Assembly (NCBI RefSeq): GCF_057098645.1
Contig: NZ_CM169472.1
Strand: one strand, 5' to 3'
DNA length: 64,000 nt
Shown: piece after piece, positions 1 through 14,191 of the stretch
How the letters are laid out: each line of letters opens with the position of its first letter
Numbering within the stretch: the first letter of the stretch is position 1
Made by a program: the position numbers and the translations under genes
Notes under the pieces: generated by a model
The model's database searches: none
What the model was told of the DNA's origin: nothing
What the model saw: the letters and a program-made list of their open reading frames with translations, nothing else

Positions 1-141
1 AAAAGCCGGAATGTACTCTTTATTGCAAACATTTCAGGGATGAAGTGAAGATGAATTGAGACGTAGTATCCACACCAAGCCGGCGTTATCCGGTGAGGCG
101 CAATGTTGCGGGGGCTTTATCCCTGGTGGCATTGGTTGCTG

Positions 142-212
142 GAAAGAGAAAACCCCCGCACGTTGAGAGGTAAAACCTGACAACAAAACGGGGGCTAATC
201 TTGAAACCAGAC
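142..212 (-). ncRNA. rdl: Rdl-type cis-antisense RNA (antitoxin of the ldr unit); coordinates approximate
   Basis: Position about 48 bp upstream of ldr on the opposite strand as in described LDR units; minus-strand 6-bp inverted repeat (+ coords 190-195 / 153-158, ~30-nt loop) followed by a T-rich tract (complement of 141-152). Confidence 0.4.
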
Positions 213-259
213 ACTTCAAGAATAGCCGCAAAATGTTGTCATTACAACAAGGCGGCTAT

Positions 260-367
260 ATGACGCTCGCGCAGTTTGCCATGACTTTCTGGCACGACCT
301 GGCAGCACCGATCCTGGCGGGAATTATTACCGCAGCGATTGTCGACTGGTGGCGTAACCGGAAGTAA
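260..367 (+). CDS. ldr: Ldr 35-aa type I toxin peptide (MTLAQFAMTFWHDLAAPILAGIITAAIVDWWRNRK)
   Basis: ATG 260, TAA 365-367; below the ORF-track size cutoff; sequence of the Ldr family. Confidence 0.85.
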   Translation: MTLAQFAMTFWHDLAAPILAGIITAAIVDWWRNRK

Positions 368-414
368 GGTGAAAACGGGCGTCAGGCTGCCGTGATGGCA
401 ATATGCGCCCGAAA

Positions 415-450
415 CCGGCCGCAGGGGTAACAGCCTGCGGCCATTTTTGT
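415..450 (+). terminator. Rho-independent terminator of ldr mRNA
   Basis: GC stem ccggccgcagg / cctgcggcc followed by atttttgt. Confidence 0.7.
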
Positions 451-677
451 CTTTATCACTTCCACAAGTAAATATTGGCAACCCGAGCTGGAAGCATCAT
501 CCAGAGCACTCATGAAACGACTGTAACAGCTGTTGAAAAACCGGAATGCACTCTTCATTGCAAACATTTCAGGGATGAAGTGAAGATGAATTGAGTCGTA
601 GTATCCACACCAAGCCGGCGTTATCCGGTGAGGCGCAATGTTGCGGGGGCTTTATCCCTGGTGGCATTGGTTGCTGG

Positions 678-748
678 AAAGAGAAAACCCCCGCACGTTG
701 AGAGGTAAAACCTGACAACAGAACGGGGGCTAATCTTGAACCATCAAC
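678..748 (-). ncRNA. rdl: Rdl-type cis-antisense RNA, copy 2; coordinates approximate
   Basis: Same relative position in LDR copy 2 (536-bp offset). Confidence 0.4.
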
Positions 749-795
749 AATTCAAGAATAGCCGCAAAATGTTGTCATTACAACAAGGCGGCTAT

Positions 796-903
796 ATGAC
801 GCTCGCGCAGTTTGCCATGATTTTCTGGCACGACCTGGCAGCACCGATCCTGGCGGGAATTATTACCGCAGCGATTGTCGGCTGGTGGCGTAACCGGAAG
901 TAA
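796..903 (+). CDS. ldr: Ldr 35-aa toxin peptide, copy 2 (MTLAQFAMIFWHDLAAPILAGIITAAIVGWWRNRK)
   Basis: ATG 796, TAA 901-903; differs from copy 1 at two residues (T9I, D29G). Confidence 0.85.
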   Translation: MTLAQFAMIFWHDLAAPILAGIITAAIVGWWRNRK

Positions 904-950
904 GGCGAAAACGGGCGTCAGGCTGCCGTGATGGCAATATGCGCCCGAAA

Positions 951-986
951 CCGGCCGCAGGGTAACAGCCTGCGGCCTTTTTTGTA
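951..986 (+). terminator. Rho-independent terminator of ldr copy 2
   Basis: Same GC hairpin followed by a T-run (ccggccgcagg...cctgcggcc tttttt). Confidence 0.7.
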
Positions 987-999
987 TCCGGCACCCATG

Positions 1000-1037
1000 A
1001 AAAAAGTCTTAACGCAGAACGCTAAGACTTTATTTTT
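1000..1037 (-). terminator. Terminator downstream of kdsA (A-run / hairpin / T-run, possibly bidirectional)
   Basis: aaaaaagtcttaacgcagaacgctaagactttattttt. Confidence 0.55.
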
Positions 1038-1050
1038 CCAGCAAAAAAGA

Positions 1051-1914
<864 letters not shown>

Positions 1915-1940
1915 TTAATCTTGAGTAAAATGTCGATTAA

Positions 1941-2750
1941 TTAATGCAGCACAATATGTTTATGCGCGATGTTATTTATTTGCGCACGGATCATTTCGCT
2001 GATCGGGTCTTCCGGACATTGTTCAACGAAATAACTTAAATCGTTCAACGCAACGTGTTCGCAATCCAGTTGCGCATAAATCAACCCGCGATCGCGAATT
2101 TCATAGGGATCTTCAGGGTTGAATTGTAATAAAGCTTCGCTGGTGCGTAACGCCAGCTCCATCTGATTTTCTTCCATCAACGAGGCTTTGAGTGTGTCCA
2201 GTAATTTGCGGATTACCTCAATGTTATCAGCTTCATCAAGGTCTTCATAAAACAGTTCCGCCGACGGGCTGATATTTCCCTTTAACCATACGTCCAGCAT
2301 ATGTTCGCTTAACGATTCACCGTTAAAAGGATTAATCAGCCAAATTTCGCCATCCGGACATTCAATGCGCAATATCAGCTGCGTAGGGAAAATCACCGGC
2401 AGCAGCGGCAAATCGAGACGATTCGCGACCCATAATAAAACCGCACCTAATGATACCGCACTGCCCTGTCGATTCTTTAACACCTGGTCCAGCCATAATG
2501 CATCGGAAAGACGATAAACGCCGCGTGAGGCTTTAAATCCCCAGTCGCCGTAAAACAGCGCGATCAGTTTTTCCAGCTGCTCTTCTAAAGGCAGAAGCTG
2601 GCTGATTTCTTCCTTCGCCAGACTAACGAGACGCTCCAGTTCGTCGTAAACATCTTGCGAGGGAAAATCGCGGCGGATTGCTTCGCAAGCCAGGATCATG
2701 CCTTCGCACAATGGCGCTTTATTAAATTCGAAATCAGCTAACGATCTCAT
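1941..2750 (-). CDS. sirB1: SirB1/YchA family protein
   Basis: 269-aa ORF, synteny kdsA-ychA-ychQ-prmC. Confidence 0.85.
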   Translation of the reverse strand: MRSLADFEFNKAPLCEGMILACEAIRRDFPSQDVYDELERLVSLAKEEISQLLPLEEQLEKLIALFYGDWGFKASRGVYRLSDALWLDQVLKNRQGSAVSLGAVLLWVANRLDLPLLPVIFPTQLILRIECPDGEIWLINPFNGESLSEHMLDVWLKGNISPSAELFYEDLDEADNIEVIRKLLDTLKASLMEENQMELALRTSEALLQFNPEDPYEIRDRGLIYAQLDCEHVALNDLSYFVEQCPEDPISEMIRAQINNIAHKHIVLH

Positions 2751-2753
2751 GAC

Positions 2754-3146
2754 TTACCCCAGTAACGGTACTTTTGTGGTGGCGAGTTTAATGATGATGT
2801 ACAGCACCACCAACGCCAGCGGGAAGGCAATAATGCGCGCCTGCTGACTGTGCATACGACGATAATCGAGTGCAATAAAACCCAAAACGATATAAATGAT
2901 AACTCCAAACAGCTTTTCAGTCAGCCACTGTGCCTGCCCGGAAAATGGCAGGATGTGCGCTTTAGCCATCAACGCAATGCCGCTTAACAATAACACCGTA
3001 TCGACAACCGGCGGCACAATGCGCGTCCAGCGCGCAAATGCCTGAGGATGCTTCTGATAACGTAGCCAGAAACGTAAGGTTAATAGCCCAACAGAAAGCG
3101 CGATACTAATAAGATGAACACTAAGCAGTGTAGAAAAACTTGTCAT
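2754..3146 (-). CDS. sirB2: SirB2/YchQ small inner-membrane protein
   Basis: 130-aa hydrophobic ORF, synteny. Confidence 0.85.
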   Translation of the reverse strand: MTSFSTLLSVHLISIALSVGLLTLRFWLRYQKHPQAFARWTRIVPPVVDTVLLLSGIALMAKAHILPFSGQAQWLTEKLFGVIIYIVLGFIALDYRRMHSQQARIIAFPLALVVLYIIIKLATTKVPLLG

Positions 3147-3976
3147 TGATAATAGCGGCCGAGCGTTACACGCTCGTTATCACCATAGTCACGGCAGGTT
3201 TCGACGTCATGATACCCCGCGAGGATAAATGCCTGTCGCACCGCTTCGCCCTGCTGCCAGCCATGTTCCAGAAGCAGAAAGCCGCCGGATACCAGCGCGT
3301 TACGCGACTGTTCGATGATATGCACGATGTCTGCCATTCCACTGTCTGCCGCAACCAGCGCAGTGAGCGGCTCAAAGCGGACATCGCCTTGTTGAAGATG
3401 TGGGTCCTGCTCGTCAATATACGGCGGATTGCTGACAATCATCGCAAACTGCTGCCCGGCTAGCGCGCTAAACCAGTCGCTTTGCAGAATGTGGATATTT
3501 TTGATCGCCAGATGCTGGGCATTACGTTGTGCCAGGGAGACAGCATCAGGCATACGATCTACAGCGATAATTTCGCAGTCCGGGCGCTCGCTAGCCAGCG
3601 CAAGCGCAATCGCCCCGGTACCCGTCCCGAGATCGAGAATACGGCAAGGTTGTTCAGGCAACCGCGCCAGTGCCTGCTCCACCAGACACTCCGTATCCGG
3701 GCGCGGAATTAAGGTCGCTGGCGAAACAAATAACGGCAACGACCAGAATTCTCGCACCCCGGTTAAATGAGCAATGGGTTCACCATCGCGACGACGTGTC
3801 AGTAGCGCATCAAGTTGCTGACATTGTTCGTCAGTCAGCTGCGTCTCACCAAAGGCGAGAATAAAAGTACGCCCTCTGCCGGTAACATGCTCCAGCAGGA
3901 TTTCAGCATCACGCCGCGGGCTTTCGCTCGCCTGAAGTTGGTTTATTGCTTCACGTAACCAGTATTGATATTCCAT
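3143..3976 (-). CDS. prmC: Release-factor glutamine N5-methyltransferase (HemK)
   Basis: 277 aa; motif NPPY (VSNPPYIDE); overlaps prfA stop. Confidence 0.95.
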   Translation of the reverse strand: MEYQYWLREAINQLQASESPRRDAEILLEHVTGRGRTFILAFGETQLTDEQCQQLDALLTRRRDGEPIAHLTGVREFWSLPLFVSPATLIPRPDTECLVEQALARLPEQPCRILDLGTGTGAIALALASERPDCEIIAVDRMPDAVSLAQRNAQHLAIKNIHILQSDWFSALAGQQFAMIVSNPPYIDEQDPHLQQGDVRFEPLTALVAADSGMADIVHIIEQSRNALVSGGFLLLEHGWQQGEAVRQAFILAGYHDVETCRDYGDNERVTLGRYYQ

Positions 3977-5058
3977 TATTCCTGCTCGGACAACGCCGCC
4001 AGTTGGTCGGCCTGATGTTCCTGGATAATCGGTTCAATCAGCATATCCAGCTTACCTTCCATCACTTCATCCAGGCGGTAGAGCGTCAGGTTGATGCGGT
4101 GATCGGTAACGCGCCCCTGCGGGAAATTGTAAGTACGGTTACGGTCGCTGCGATCGCCACTCCCCAACAGGTTACGACGGGTAGACGCTTCGGCCTGTTG
4201 GCGTTTTGCCATTTCAGCAGCGTGGATGCGAGCACCGAGCACTGAAAGTGCTTTAGCTTTGTTTTTATGTTGTGAACGTTCGTCCTGACATTCAACAACA
4301 ATCCCGGTCGGCAAGTGAGTAATACGAATTGCCGAATCGGTGGTGTTAACGTGCTGACCACCCGCCCCTGACGAGCGGAAAGTATCAATGCGTAAATCTG
4401 CTGGGTTGATGTCCGGCAGTTCTGCGTCAGGCAGTTCTGGCATTACCGCAACGGTACAAGCAGAAGTATGAATACGACCCTGCGATTCCGTAGCAGGAAC
4501 ACGCTGCACGCGATGACCGCCGGATTCAAATTTCAGACGACCATACACACCATCACCGCTAATTTTGGCGATGATCTCTTTATAACCACCATGTTCACCC
4601 TCGCTGGCGCTCATGATTTCTACCCGCCAGCGGCGGGCTTCGGCATAACGGCTGTACATACGGAACAGATCGCCCGCGAACAGCGCCGCTTCGTCGCCGC
4701 CGGTTCCGGCTCGGACTTCGAGGAAGGCGTTACGTTCGTCATCAGGATCTTTTGGCAGTAACAGAACCTGTAATTGCTGTTCCAGTTGCTCGCTTTTTTC
4801 TTTAGCTTCGCGCAGTTCATCCTGCGCCATCTCACGCATTTCAGGATCATCGAGCATCATCTGTGCGGTTTCGATATCTTCCTGAACCTGTTGCCAGTCG
4901 GTAAAACAGCGCGAAACATCACTTAACTGCGCATATTCGCGTGATAATGCGCGAAAACGTTCCTGGTCGGCGATAGTTTGCGCGTCACCCAGCAACGCCT
5001 GAACTTCTTCATGGCGTTCATGCAGGGCTTCCAGTTTGGCAACGATAGAAGGCTTCAT
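3976..5058 (-). CDS. prfA: Peptide chain release factor 1
   Basis: 360 aa; GGQ motif (SGAGGQHVN). Confidence 0.95.
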
Positions 5059-5099
5059 AGGCGTAAATGCACCCTGTAAAAAAAGAAAATGATGTACTG

Positions 5100-6356
5100 C
5101 TACTCCAGCCCGAGGCTGTCGCGCAGAATATTCAGGCGTTCGTTATCCCCGTCACGGGCGGCCTGTTGAAGTGATTTCGTTGGTGCATGGATCAAGCGGT
5201 TAGTCAGTTTCCATGCCAGATCCTGCATAATGGCTTGTGCGTCGCCGCCCTGCTCAAGGGCCGCTAACGCTTTGGCGGTTAACTCATCGCGAACTTGCTC
5301 TGCCTGGCTGCGATACTCGCGAATGGTTTCGCTGGCGCTTTGTGCACGCAGCCACGCCATAAATTCGCTGGTTTCCTGAGCGACAATAGTTTCCGCCTCA
5401 ACCGCTGCGGCTTTACGCTGCGCCAGGTTGTGCGAAATGATGCTTTGCAGATCGTCAACGCTATAAAGATAAGCATTCGCCAGTTTGCCAACTTCCGGCT
5501 CAACATCGCGCGGAACGGCAATATCCACCAACAGCATTGGTTGGTTGCGACGGCTTTTTAATGCGCGCTCCACCATGCCTTTCCCGATAATCGGTAACGG
5601 GCTGGCGGTGGAACTGATGATGATATCGGCTTCGCGCAGACGTTCGTCGATATCACTCAGGGCAATCACTTCCGCGCCGACTTCATCTGCCAGAATTTGG
5701 GCACGTTCGCGAGTGCGGTTGGCGATAATCATCTTCTGTACTTTATGTTCGCGCAGATGACGCGCTACCAGCTCGATGGTTTCGCCCGCGCCTACCAGCA
5801 ACACTGTGACCGTAGAGAGCGATTCAAAGATCTGCCGCGCCAGCGTACAAGCCGCAAAAGCGACAGACACAGCGCTGGCACCGATATCTGTTTCAGTGCG
5901 AACGCGTTTCGCTACAGAGAAAGATTTCTGGAACATGCGTTCCAGTTCGCTGGCCTTCATATGGCCTTTTTGCGAATCGGCAAACGCTTTTTTAACCTGA
6001 CCGAGGATCTGCGGCTCCCCAAGAACCAGTGAATCCAGGCCGCTGGCAACACGCATTAAATGGCTAACCGCGTCGTTATCCTGATGCCAGTAGAGGCTTT
6101 TACGCAGATCTTCTTCATTAAGATTGTGATAATCGCAAAGCCAGCGGATTAACGCCTCTTGCAGGTTATCCTGCTCTTCAACGCTAAGATAAAGTTCCGT
6201 GCGGTTGCACGTCGACAGCACCACGCCGCCCTGCACCATCGGCTGCGCAAGCAGGCTGTCAAGCGCCTGATCGAGCTTATCCGGCGAAAACGATACACGT
6301 TCTCGCAGCGATACAGGTGCCGTTTTATGGTTGATACCGAGTGCTAAAAGGGTCAT
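5100..6356 (-). CDS. hemA: Glutamyl-tRNA reductase
   Basis: 418 aa from ATG at 6356 ([14 protein letters not shown]...); the longer ORF in the track carries an unlikely N-terminal extension. Confidence 0.9.
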
Positions 6357-6500
6357 GTCTGCGGGAAATAATACCAACGTTGATAGGGTTAGTCTGCTTG
6401 CATCATACAGGATGCGTAAGATCAATAAAAGAGAGCGCCCCCTTTTGGAGTAATTGCCGAAAGCCGTTAGATTCTGGCAATTAAGACAACTTGAACATAG

Positions 6501-7192
<692 letters not shown>

Positions 7193-7193
<1 letters not shown>

Positions 7194-8044
7194 TGCGGAC
7201 ACAGTGGCCCTCTCCGGCAAAACTTAATCTGTTTTTATACATTACCGGTCAGCGTGCGGATGGTTACCACACGCTGCAAACGCTGTTTCAGTTTCTTGAT
7301 TACGGCGACACCATCAGCATTGAGCTTCGTGACGATGGGGATATTCGTCTGTTAACGCCCGTTGAAGGCGTGGAACATGAAGATAACCTGATCGTTCGCG
7401 CAGCGCGGTTATTGATGAAAACTGCGGCAGACAGCGGGCGTCTTCCGACGGGAAGCGGTGCGAATATCAGCATTGACAAGCGTTTGCCGATGGGCGGCGG
7501 TCTCGGCGGTGGTTCATCCAATGCCGCGACGGTCCTGGTGGCATTAAATCATCTCTGGCAATGCGGACTAAGCATGGATGAGCTGGCGGAAATGGGGCTG
7601 ACGCTGGGCGCAGATGTTCCTGTCTTTGTTCGGGGGCATGCCGCGTTTGCCGAAGGCGTTGGTGAAATACTAACGCCGGTGGCTCCGCCAGAGAAGTGGT
7701 ATCTGGTGGCGCACCCTGGTGTAAGTATTCCGACTCCGGTGATTTTTAAAGATCCTGAACTCCCGCGCAATACGCCAAAAAGGTCAATAGAAACGTTGCT
7801 AAAATGTGAATTCAGCAATGATTGCGAGGTTATCGCAAGAAAACGTTTTCGCGAGGTTGATGCGGTGCTTTCCTGGCTGTTAGAATACGCCCCGTCGCGC
7901 CTGACTGGGACAGGGGCCTGTGTCTTTGCTGAATTTGATACAGAGTCTGAAGCCCGCCAGGTGCTAGAGCAAGCCCCGGAATGGCTCAATGGCTTTGTGG
8001 CGAAAGGCGCTAATCTTTCCCCATTGCACAGAGCCATGCTTTAA
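7193..8044 (+). CDS. ispE: 4-diphosphocytidyl-2-C-methyl-D-erythritol kinase
   Basis: 283 aa; GHMP-kinase motif ([14 protein letters not shown]). Confidence 0.95.
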
Positions 8045-8068
8045 GCCGGGCAAGCTGAGTTTCGGTGA

Positions 8069-9142
<1,074 letters not shown>

Positions 9143-9160
9143 TCGAACCCGGCTCAAAGA

Positions 9161-9182
9161 CCCGCTGCGGCGGGTTTTTTTG
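9161..9182 (+). terminator. Rho-independent terminator after prs
   Basis: cccgctgcggcggg hairpin followed by tttttttg. Confidence 0.75.
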
Positions 9183-9266
9183 TCTGTAATATCCATTTGT
9201 ATGACCTATGCCTCCTTCACCTGCCATTTAGTTGACAGATGATGCGCTCACGGATGAAACATTATT

Positions 9267-10946
9267 GTGAACAAAATATTTTCCTCACATGTGATGCCTT
9301 TCCGCGCTCTGATCGACGCTTGCTGGAAAGAAAAATATACTGCCGCACGGTTTACCCGTGACCTGATTGCCGGGATAACCGTCGGGATTATTGCTATCCC
9401 GCTGGCGATGGCGTTGGCTATTGGTAGTGGTGTGGCACCCCAGTACGGTTTATATACCGCAGCTGTTGCGGGGATTGTCATTGCTCTGACGGGTGGGTCA
9501 CGCTTTAGCGTTTCCGGTCCGACTGCGGCATTTGTGGTAATTCTCTATCCCGTGTCGCAACAGTTTGGACTGGCAGGACTGCTGGTTGCGACCTTGCTGT
9601 CGGGGATCTTTTTGATTCTGATGGGTCTGGCACGCTTTGGTCGCCTGATTGAGTATATTCCGGTTTCCGTCACCTTAGGTTTCACCTCGGGTATCGGGAT
9701 CACCATCGGTACCATGCAGATTAAAGATTTTCTCGGTCTGCAAATGGCCCATGTCCCGGAACATTATCTACAAAAAGTCGGCGCATTATTTATGGCGCTG
9801 CCGACCATTAATGTGGGTGATGCTGCCATTGGCATTGTGACGCTAGGTATTCTTGTTTTCTGGCCGCGTCTGGGCATTCGTTTACCCGGTCACCTTCCGG
9901 CCTTGCTGGCTGGTTGCGCGGTGATGGGGATTGTTAACCTGCTCGGCGGACATGTTGCTACCATCGGTTCGCAATTCCACTACGTCCTGGCCGATGGTTC
10001 TCAGGGTAACGGTATTCCGCAACTGCTGCCGCAACTGGTGCTGCCGTGGGATCTGCCTAATTCAGAATTCACGCTAACCTGGGATTCTATTCGCACACTG
10101 CTGCCTGCGGCATTCTCAATGGCAATGCTCGGCGCAATCGAATCTCTGCTCTGCGCCGTGGTGCTGGATGGTATGACCGGGACGAAGCACAAGGCGAATA
10201 GCGAACTGGTTGGACAGGGACTGGGGAATATCATCGCTCCGTTCTTTGGTGGTATTACCGCTACCGCTGCCATCGCGCGTTCTGCCGCTAACGTCCGTGC
10301 CGGGGCAACTTCCCCTATCTCGGCGGTGATCCACTCTATTCTGGTTATTCTTGCCCTGCTGGTACTGGCACCGCTGCTCTCCTGGCTGCCGCTTTCCGCT
10401 ATGGCAGCCCTGCTGTTGATGGTGGCGTGGAACATGAGTGAAGCGCATAAAGTGGTCGACTTGCTGCGTCATGCACCGAAAGATGACATCATTGTCATGC
10501 TGCTGTGCATGTCGCTGACCGTGCTGTTTGATATGGTTATTGCCATCAGCGTGGGGATCGTGCTGGCATCGCTGCTGTTTATGCGTCGTATCGCACGTAT
10601 GACTCGCCTGGCACCGGTAGTCGTAGATGTTCCAGACGATGTCCTGGTTCTGCGCGTTGTTGGCCCGCTGTTTTTTGCTGCTGCTGAAGGCTTATTCACG
10701 GACCTGGAGTCACGTCTTGAAGGCAAACGGATTGTGATTCTGAAGTGGGATGCCGTTCCGGTACTTGATGCTGGTGGTCTTGATGCGTTCCAGCGTTTTG
10801 TGAAGCGTCTGCCCGAAGGATGTGAACTGCGCGTGTGCAACGTGGAATTCCAGCCACTGCGCACTATGGCTCGCGCAGGCATTCAACCGATCCCGGGACG
10901 CCTCGCGTTCTTCCCGAATCGTCGCGCGGCGATGGCGGATTTATAA
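9267..10946 (+). CDS. dauA: SulP-family C4-dicarboxylate transporter with C-terminal STAS domain
   Basis: 559 aa, polytopic membrane protein, synteny prs-ychM. Confidence 0.9.
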   Translation: MNKIFSSHVMPFRALIDACWKEKYTAARFTRDLIAGITVGIIAIPLAMALAIGSGVAPQYGLYTAAVAGIVIALTGGSRFSVSGPTAAFVVILYPVSQQFGLAGLLVATLLSGIFLILMGLARFGRLIEYIPVSVTLGFTSGIGITIGTMQIKDFLGLQMAHVPEHYLQKVGALFMALPTINVGDAAIGIVTLGILVFWPRLGIRLPGHLPALLAGCAVMGIVNLLGGHVATIGSQFHYVLADGSQGNGIPQLLPQLVLPWDLPNSEFTLTWDSIRTLLPAAFSMAMLGAIESLLCAVVLDGMTGTKHKANSELVGQGLGNIIAPFFGGITATAAIARSAANVRAGATSPISAVIHSILVILALLVLAPLLSWLPLSAMAALLLMVAWNMSEAHKVVDLLRHAPKDDIIVMLLCMSLTVLFDMVIAISVGIVLASLLFMRRIARMTRLAPVVVDVPDDVLVLRVVGPLFFAAAEGLFTDLESRLEGKRIVILKWDAVPVLDAGGLDAFQRFVKRLPEGCELRVCNVEFQPLRTMARAGIQPIPGRLAFFPNRRAAMADL

Positions 10947-11000
10947 GTACGAGATTGACCAGTCAGCGCAAACTGACTGGTCAGCAAACTGCATTATTTG

Positions 11001-11279
11001 TTAGCTATGACGGCGATTATCGCTACGGCGGCAACGTTTGTCATAGTGGCGAACCCACCAGTAACGGTCGCACACCTGTTCATGCCCGCCAACACGGGCA
11101 CCCGCCAGCCAGAGAATGGCACCGACGAAAATACTTAGCACTGCACCATGTGCGAAATACTGGGGCATATTAAACTGTGGTAACTGGTTGAGGATTGAAT
11201 ACCCCACGCCAACCACCATTACCACCAGACCCAACCCCATGAGCACGTTACCGAGTAACGAAGCGTTTTTGCGTTTCAT
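11001..11279 (-). CDS. ychH: Small inner-membrane protein YchH
   Basis: 92 aa, two hydrophobic helices, conserved position between dauA and pth. Confidence 0.8.
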   Translation of the reverse strand: MKRKNASLLGNVLMGLGLVVMVVGVGYSILNQLPQFNMPQYFAHGAVLSIFVGAILWLAGARVGGHEQVCDRYWWVRHYDKRCRRSDNRRHS

Positions 11280-11556
11280 ATGTCACCTCCGGAACTTTCT
11301 GGGTTGTAACAGGGAATACCCCTCTTCCTTATGTGTAAAGTATAGACAACACCCTGTGGGTTATGTGCGGGCGTGATCACAATTACAACCCTTATTTCAA
11401 CAAAACTTTACAAATAAACGCCTGAACACCTTGACTTTCTAATAGTCTACTCAGGCAATTATTACGTTATCTGCATTTGATACGCAGTTTTTTGTCAAGC
11501 GGGGCCGCAACCAGTAAACTACGCGCCAGTTATGTACACACTCAGGACAAAAAAAC

Positions 11557-12141
11557 GTGACGATTAAATTGATTGTCGGCCTGGCGAACCCCGGTGCTGA
11601 ATACGCCGCAACGCGACATAATGCTGGTGCCTGGTTCGTTGACTTACTGGCAGAGCGTTTGCGCGCTCCGCTGCGCGAAGAGGCTAAATTCTTTGGTTAT
11701 ACTTCGCGAGTCACCCTTGGAGGCGAAGATGTCCGCCTGTTAGTCCCGACTACATTTATGAATCTCAGCGGCAAAGCCGTTGCGGCGATGGCCAGTTTTT
11801 TCCGCATTAATCCGGACGAAATTCTGGTGGCCCACGACGAACTGGATCTGCCTCCTGGCGTCGCCAAATTTAAGTTGGGCGGTGGCCATGGTGGTCACAA
11901 TGGACTGAAAGACATCATCAGTAAATTGGGTAATAACCCTAACTTTCACCGTTTACGCATCGGAATCGGTCATCCGGGCGATAAAAATAAAGTTGTTGGT
12001 TTTGTGTTAGGCAAACCGCCTATTAGTGAACAGAAGTTAATTGATGAAGCCATCGACGAAGCGGCGCGTTGTACTGAAATGTGGTTTACAGATGGCTTGA
12101 CCAAAGCAACGAACCGATTGCACGCCTTTAAAGCGCAATAA
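11557..12141 (+). CDS. pth: Peptidyl-tRNA hydrolase
   Basis: 194 aa, GTG start, family motifs (GLANPG, HNG). Confidence 0.95.
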   Translation: MTIKLIVGLANPGAEYAATRHNAGAWFVDLLAERLRAPLREEAKFFGYTSRVTLGGEDVRLLVPTTFMNLSGKAVAAMASFFRINPDEILVAHDELDLPPGVAKFKLGGGHGGHNGLKDIISKLGNNPNFHRLRIGIGHPGDKNKVVGFVLGKPPISEQKLIDEAIDEAARCTEMWFTDGLTKATNRLHAFKAQ

Positions 12142-12257
12142 GTCGTTGTCTGCGGCATTTTTGCCGAGTGCCGTGTATAATAGGCAAAGTTATTTCCATT
12201 TCTGCAATCTGTTAGCAATAACAGGTTGATTATTAAGATATTAAGGTGATTTAAATC

Positions 12258-13349
12258 ATGGGATTCAAATGCGGTATCGTCGGTTTGCCCAACGTCGGGA
12301 AATCTACCCTGTTCAACGCGCTGACCAAAGCCGGTATTGAAGCGGCCAACTTTCCATTCTGCACCATTGAGCCGAACACAGGCGTCGTACCAATGCCTGA
12401 CCCTCGCCTGGATCAACTGGCTGAAATCGTAAAACCGCAGCGTACGCTTCCCACGACCATGGAATTTGTCGATATCGCCGGTCTGGTAAAAGGCGCATCG
12501 AAAGGCGAAGGTCTGGGTAACCAGTTCCTGACCAACATCCGTGAAACCGAAGCGATCGGTCACGTTGTTCGCTGCTTTGAAAATGACAACATCATTCACG
12601 TTTCCGGCAAAGTTAACCCGGCTGACGATATTGAAGTTATCAATACCGAACTGGCGCTGGCAGACCTCGACACCTGCGAACGTGCGATTCATCGCGTACA
12701 GAAGAAAGCCAAAGGTGGCGATAAAGACGCGAAAGCTGAGCTGGCGGTCCTGGAAAAATGCCTGCCCCAGCTGGAAAACGCAGGTATGCTGCGCGCGCTG
12801 GATTTAAGCGCTGAAGAGAAAGCGGCTATTCGTTACCTGAGCTTCCTGACGCTAAAACCAACAATGTACATCGCCAACGTCAACGAAGACGGTTTTGAAA
12901 ACAACCCATATCTTGACCAGGTGCGTGAAATCGCGGCGAAAGAAGGTTCTGTTGTGGTTCCGGTTTGTGCTGCTGTTGAAGCAGACATTGCCGAACTGGA
13001 CGACGAAGAACGTGACGAGTTTATGCAGGAGCTTGGGCTTGAAGAGCCGGGCCTGAACCGTGTGATCCGTGCCGGTTATAAGCTGCTGAACCTGCAAACT
13101 TACTTCACCGCTGGGGTGAAAGAAGTGCGTGCATGGACCATTCCGGTTGGAGCAACCGCGCCGCAGGCAGCGGGCAAAATCCATACTGATTTTGAAAAAG
13201 GCTTTATCCGTGCACAAACCATCTCGTTTGAAGATTTCATCACTTACAAAGGTGAACAAGGCGCGAAAGAAGCAGGCAAAATGCGTGCAGAAGGTAAAGA
13301 TTACATCGTTAAAGATGGCGATGTGATGAACTTCCTTTTCAACGTCTAA
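12258..13349 (+). CDS. ychF: Ribosome-binding ATPase YchF (Obg-family GTPase fold)
   Basis: 363 aa; P-loop GLPNVGKST. Confidence 0.95.
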
Positions 13350-13404
13350 TTAATTTGTTGTCTCATGAGGTTTCGCTAAATCTCATGAAGAGCGCAAAAG
13401 TATA

Positions 13405-13435
13405 TAAAATCCACGCAATTGCGTGGATTTTTCAT
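13405..13435 (+). terminator. Rho-independent terminator after ychF
   Basis: atccacgcaattgcgtggat perfect hairpin followed by ttttt. Confidence 0.8.
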
Positions 13436-14191
13436 TTCACCGAGTCCTAATCATTCTTGTAACATCCTACACTTTTGTGCTTATTGCCTACAGTGAACCA
13501 CCAGAATAATTAAAGACATCAGTGTTCAGATGACGGATATCTCATTAGTAGTGATATAACGTAAGTTTTTGTTCCACTACACATCACCCCCTTCACAGCT
13601 GATCAATATTGATCACGCTCCAATATGCTGGCGAGAAAAGGACTTACCTGAAGGGTAATATCCCGCAGATAAAGTCCCCGAATAATGAGATTACGTGCGA
13701 TCCTGGCAAGATGAAAATGATAACCAATAGCACGATAATAACGATAGGCCAGAAAACCCATTGACCAAAAATGAATATCGATGTTTTTTGCTTTTTCTTA
13801 TTAGTAATGCAAAAATGGCGCATATTGTTTTTGTTATGCAGATACATCAAGCGAAAATCCCATAACTAATTAGGATTATTACAAAAAATCTTCACCAAAT
13901 TTTTTAACCGCTGTTTGTTGTAATATTTTTGCCATATTCATAGTAACGAATTGGAATAAGTAACGACAACTTAGGGAATAACTCGATCTAAACTCACCTT
14001 TGTAAGGGGGATGTTAAATATATATTAATTCCTGTGTTTCTGATTTTGCCCGGTAATAGAGAATTATTCTCATAGCAGCTCATCATGATTGCACCATACA
14101 AATATCATGATGATAAGAGGATATTATTCATTGACTTAAACAAAATGACAAAATCCATAGACCCATAGCCTGGGTACTATATAGGAGTGGT

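Larger units (their letters stand above)
1..536. repeat. LDR (long direct repeat) unit, copy 1; left edge coincides with window start, so a further copy may lie upstream
   Basis: Near-identical to 537-990 with a 536-bp period (e.g. 5-18 vs 541-554; ATG at 260 vs 796). Confidence 0.85.
537..990. repeat. LDR unit, copy 2 (tandem with copy 1)
   Basis: Direct repeat of 1-536 with scattered substitutions; similarity is lost after the terminator near 985. Confidence 0.85.

Noticed and set aside
13644-13850. 68-aa minus-strand ORF in the ychF-ycgV intergenic region
   Set aside because: Lies in a 30% GC region with a low-complexity hydrophobic translation; no support for coding.
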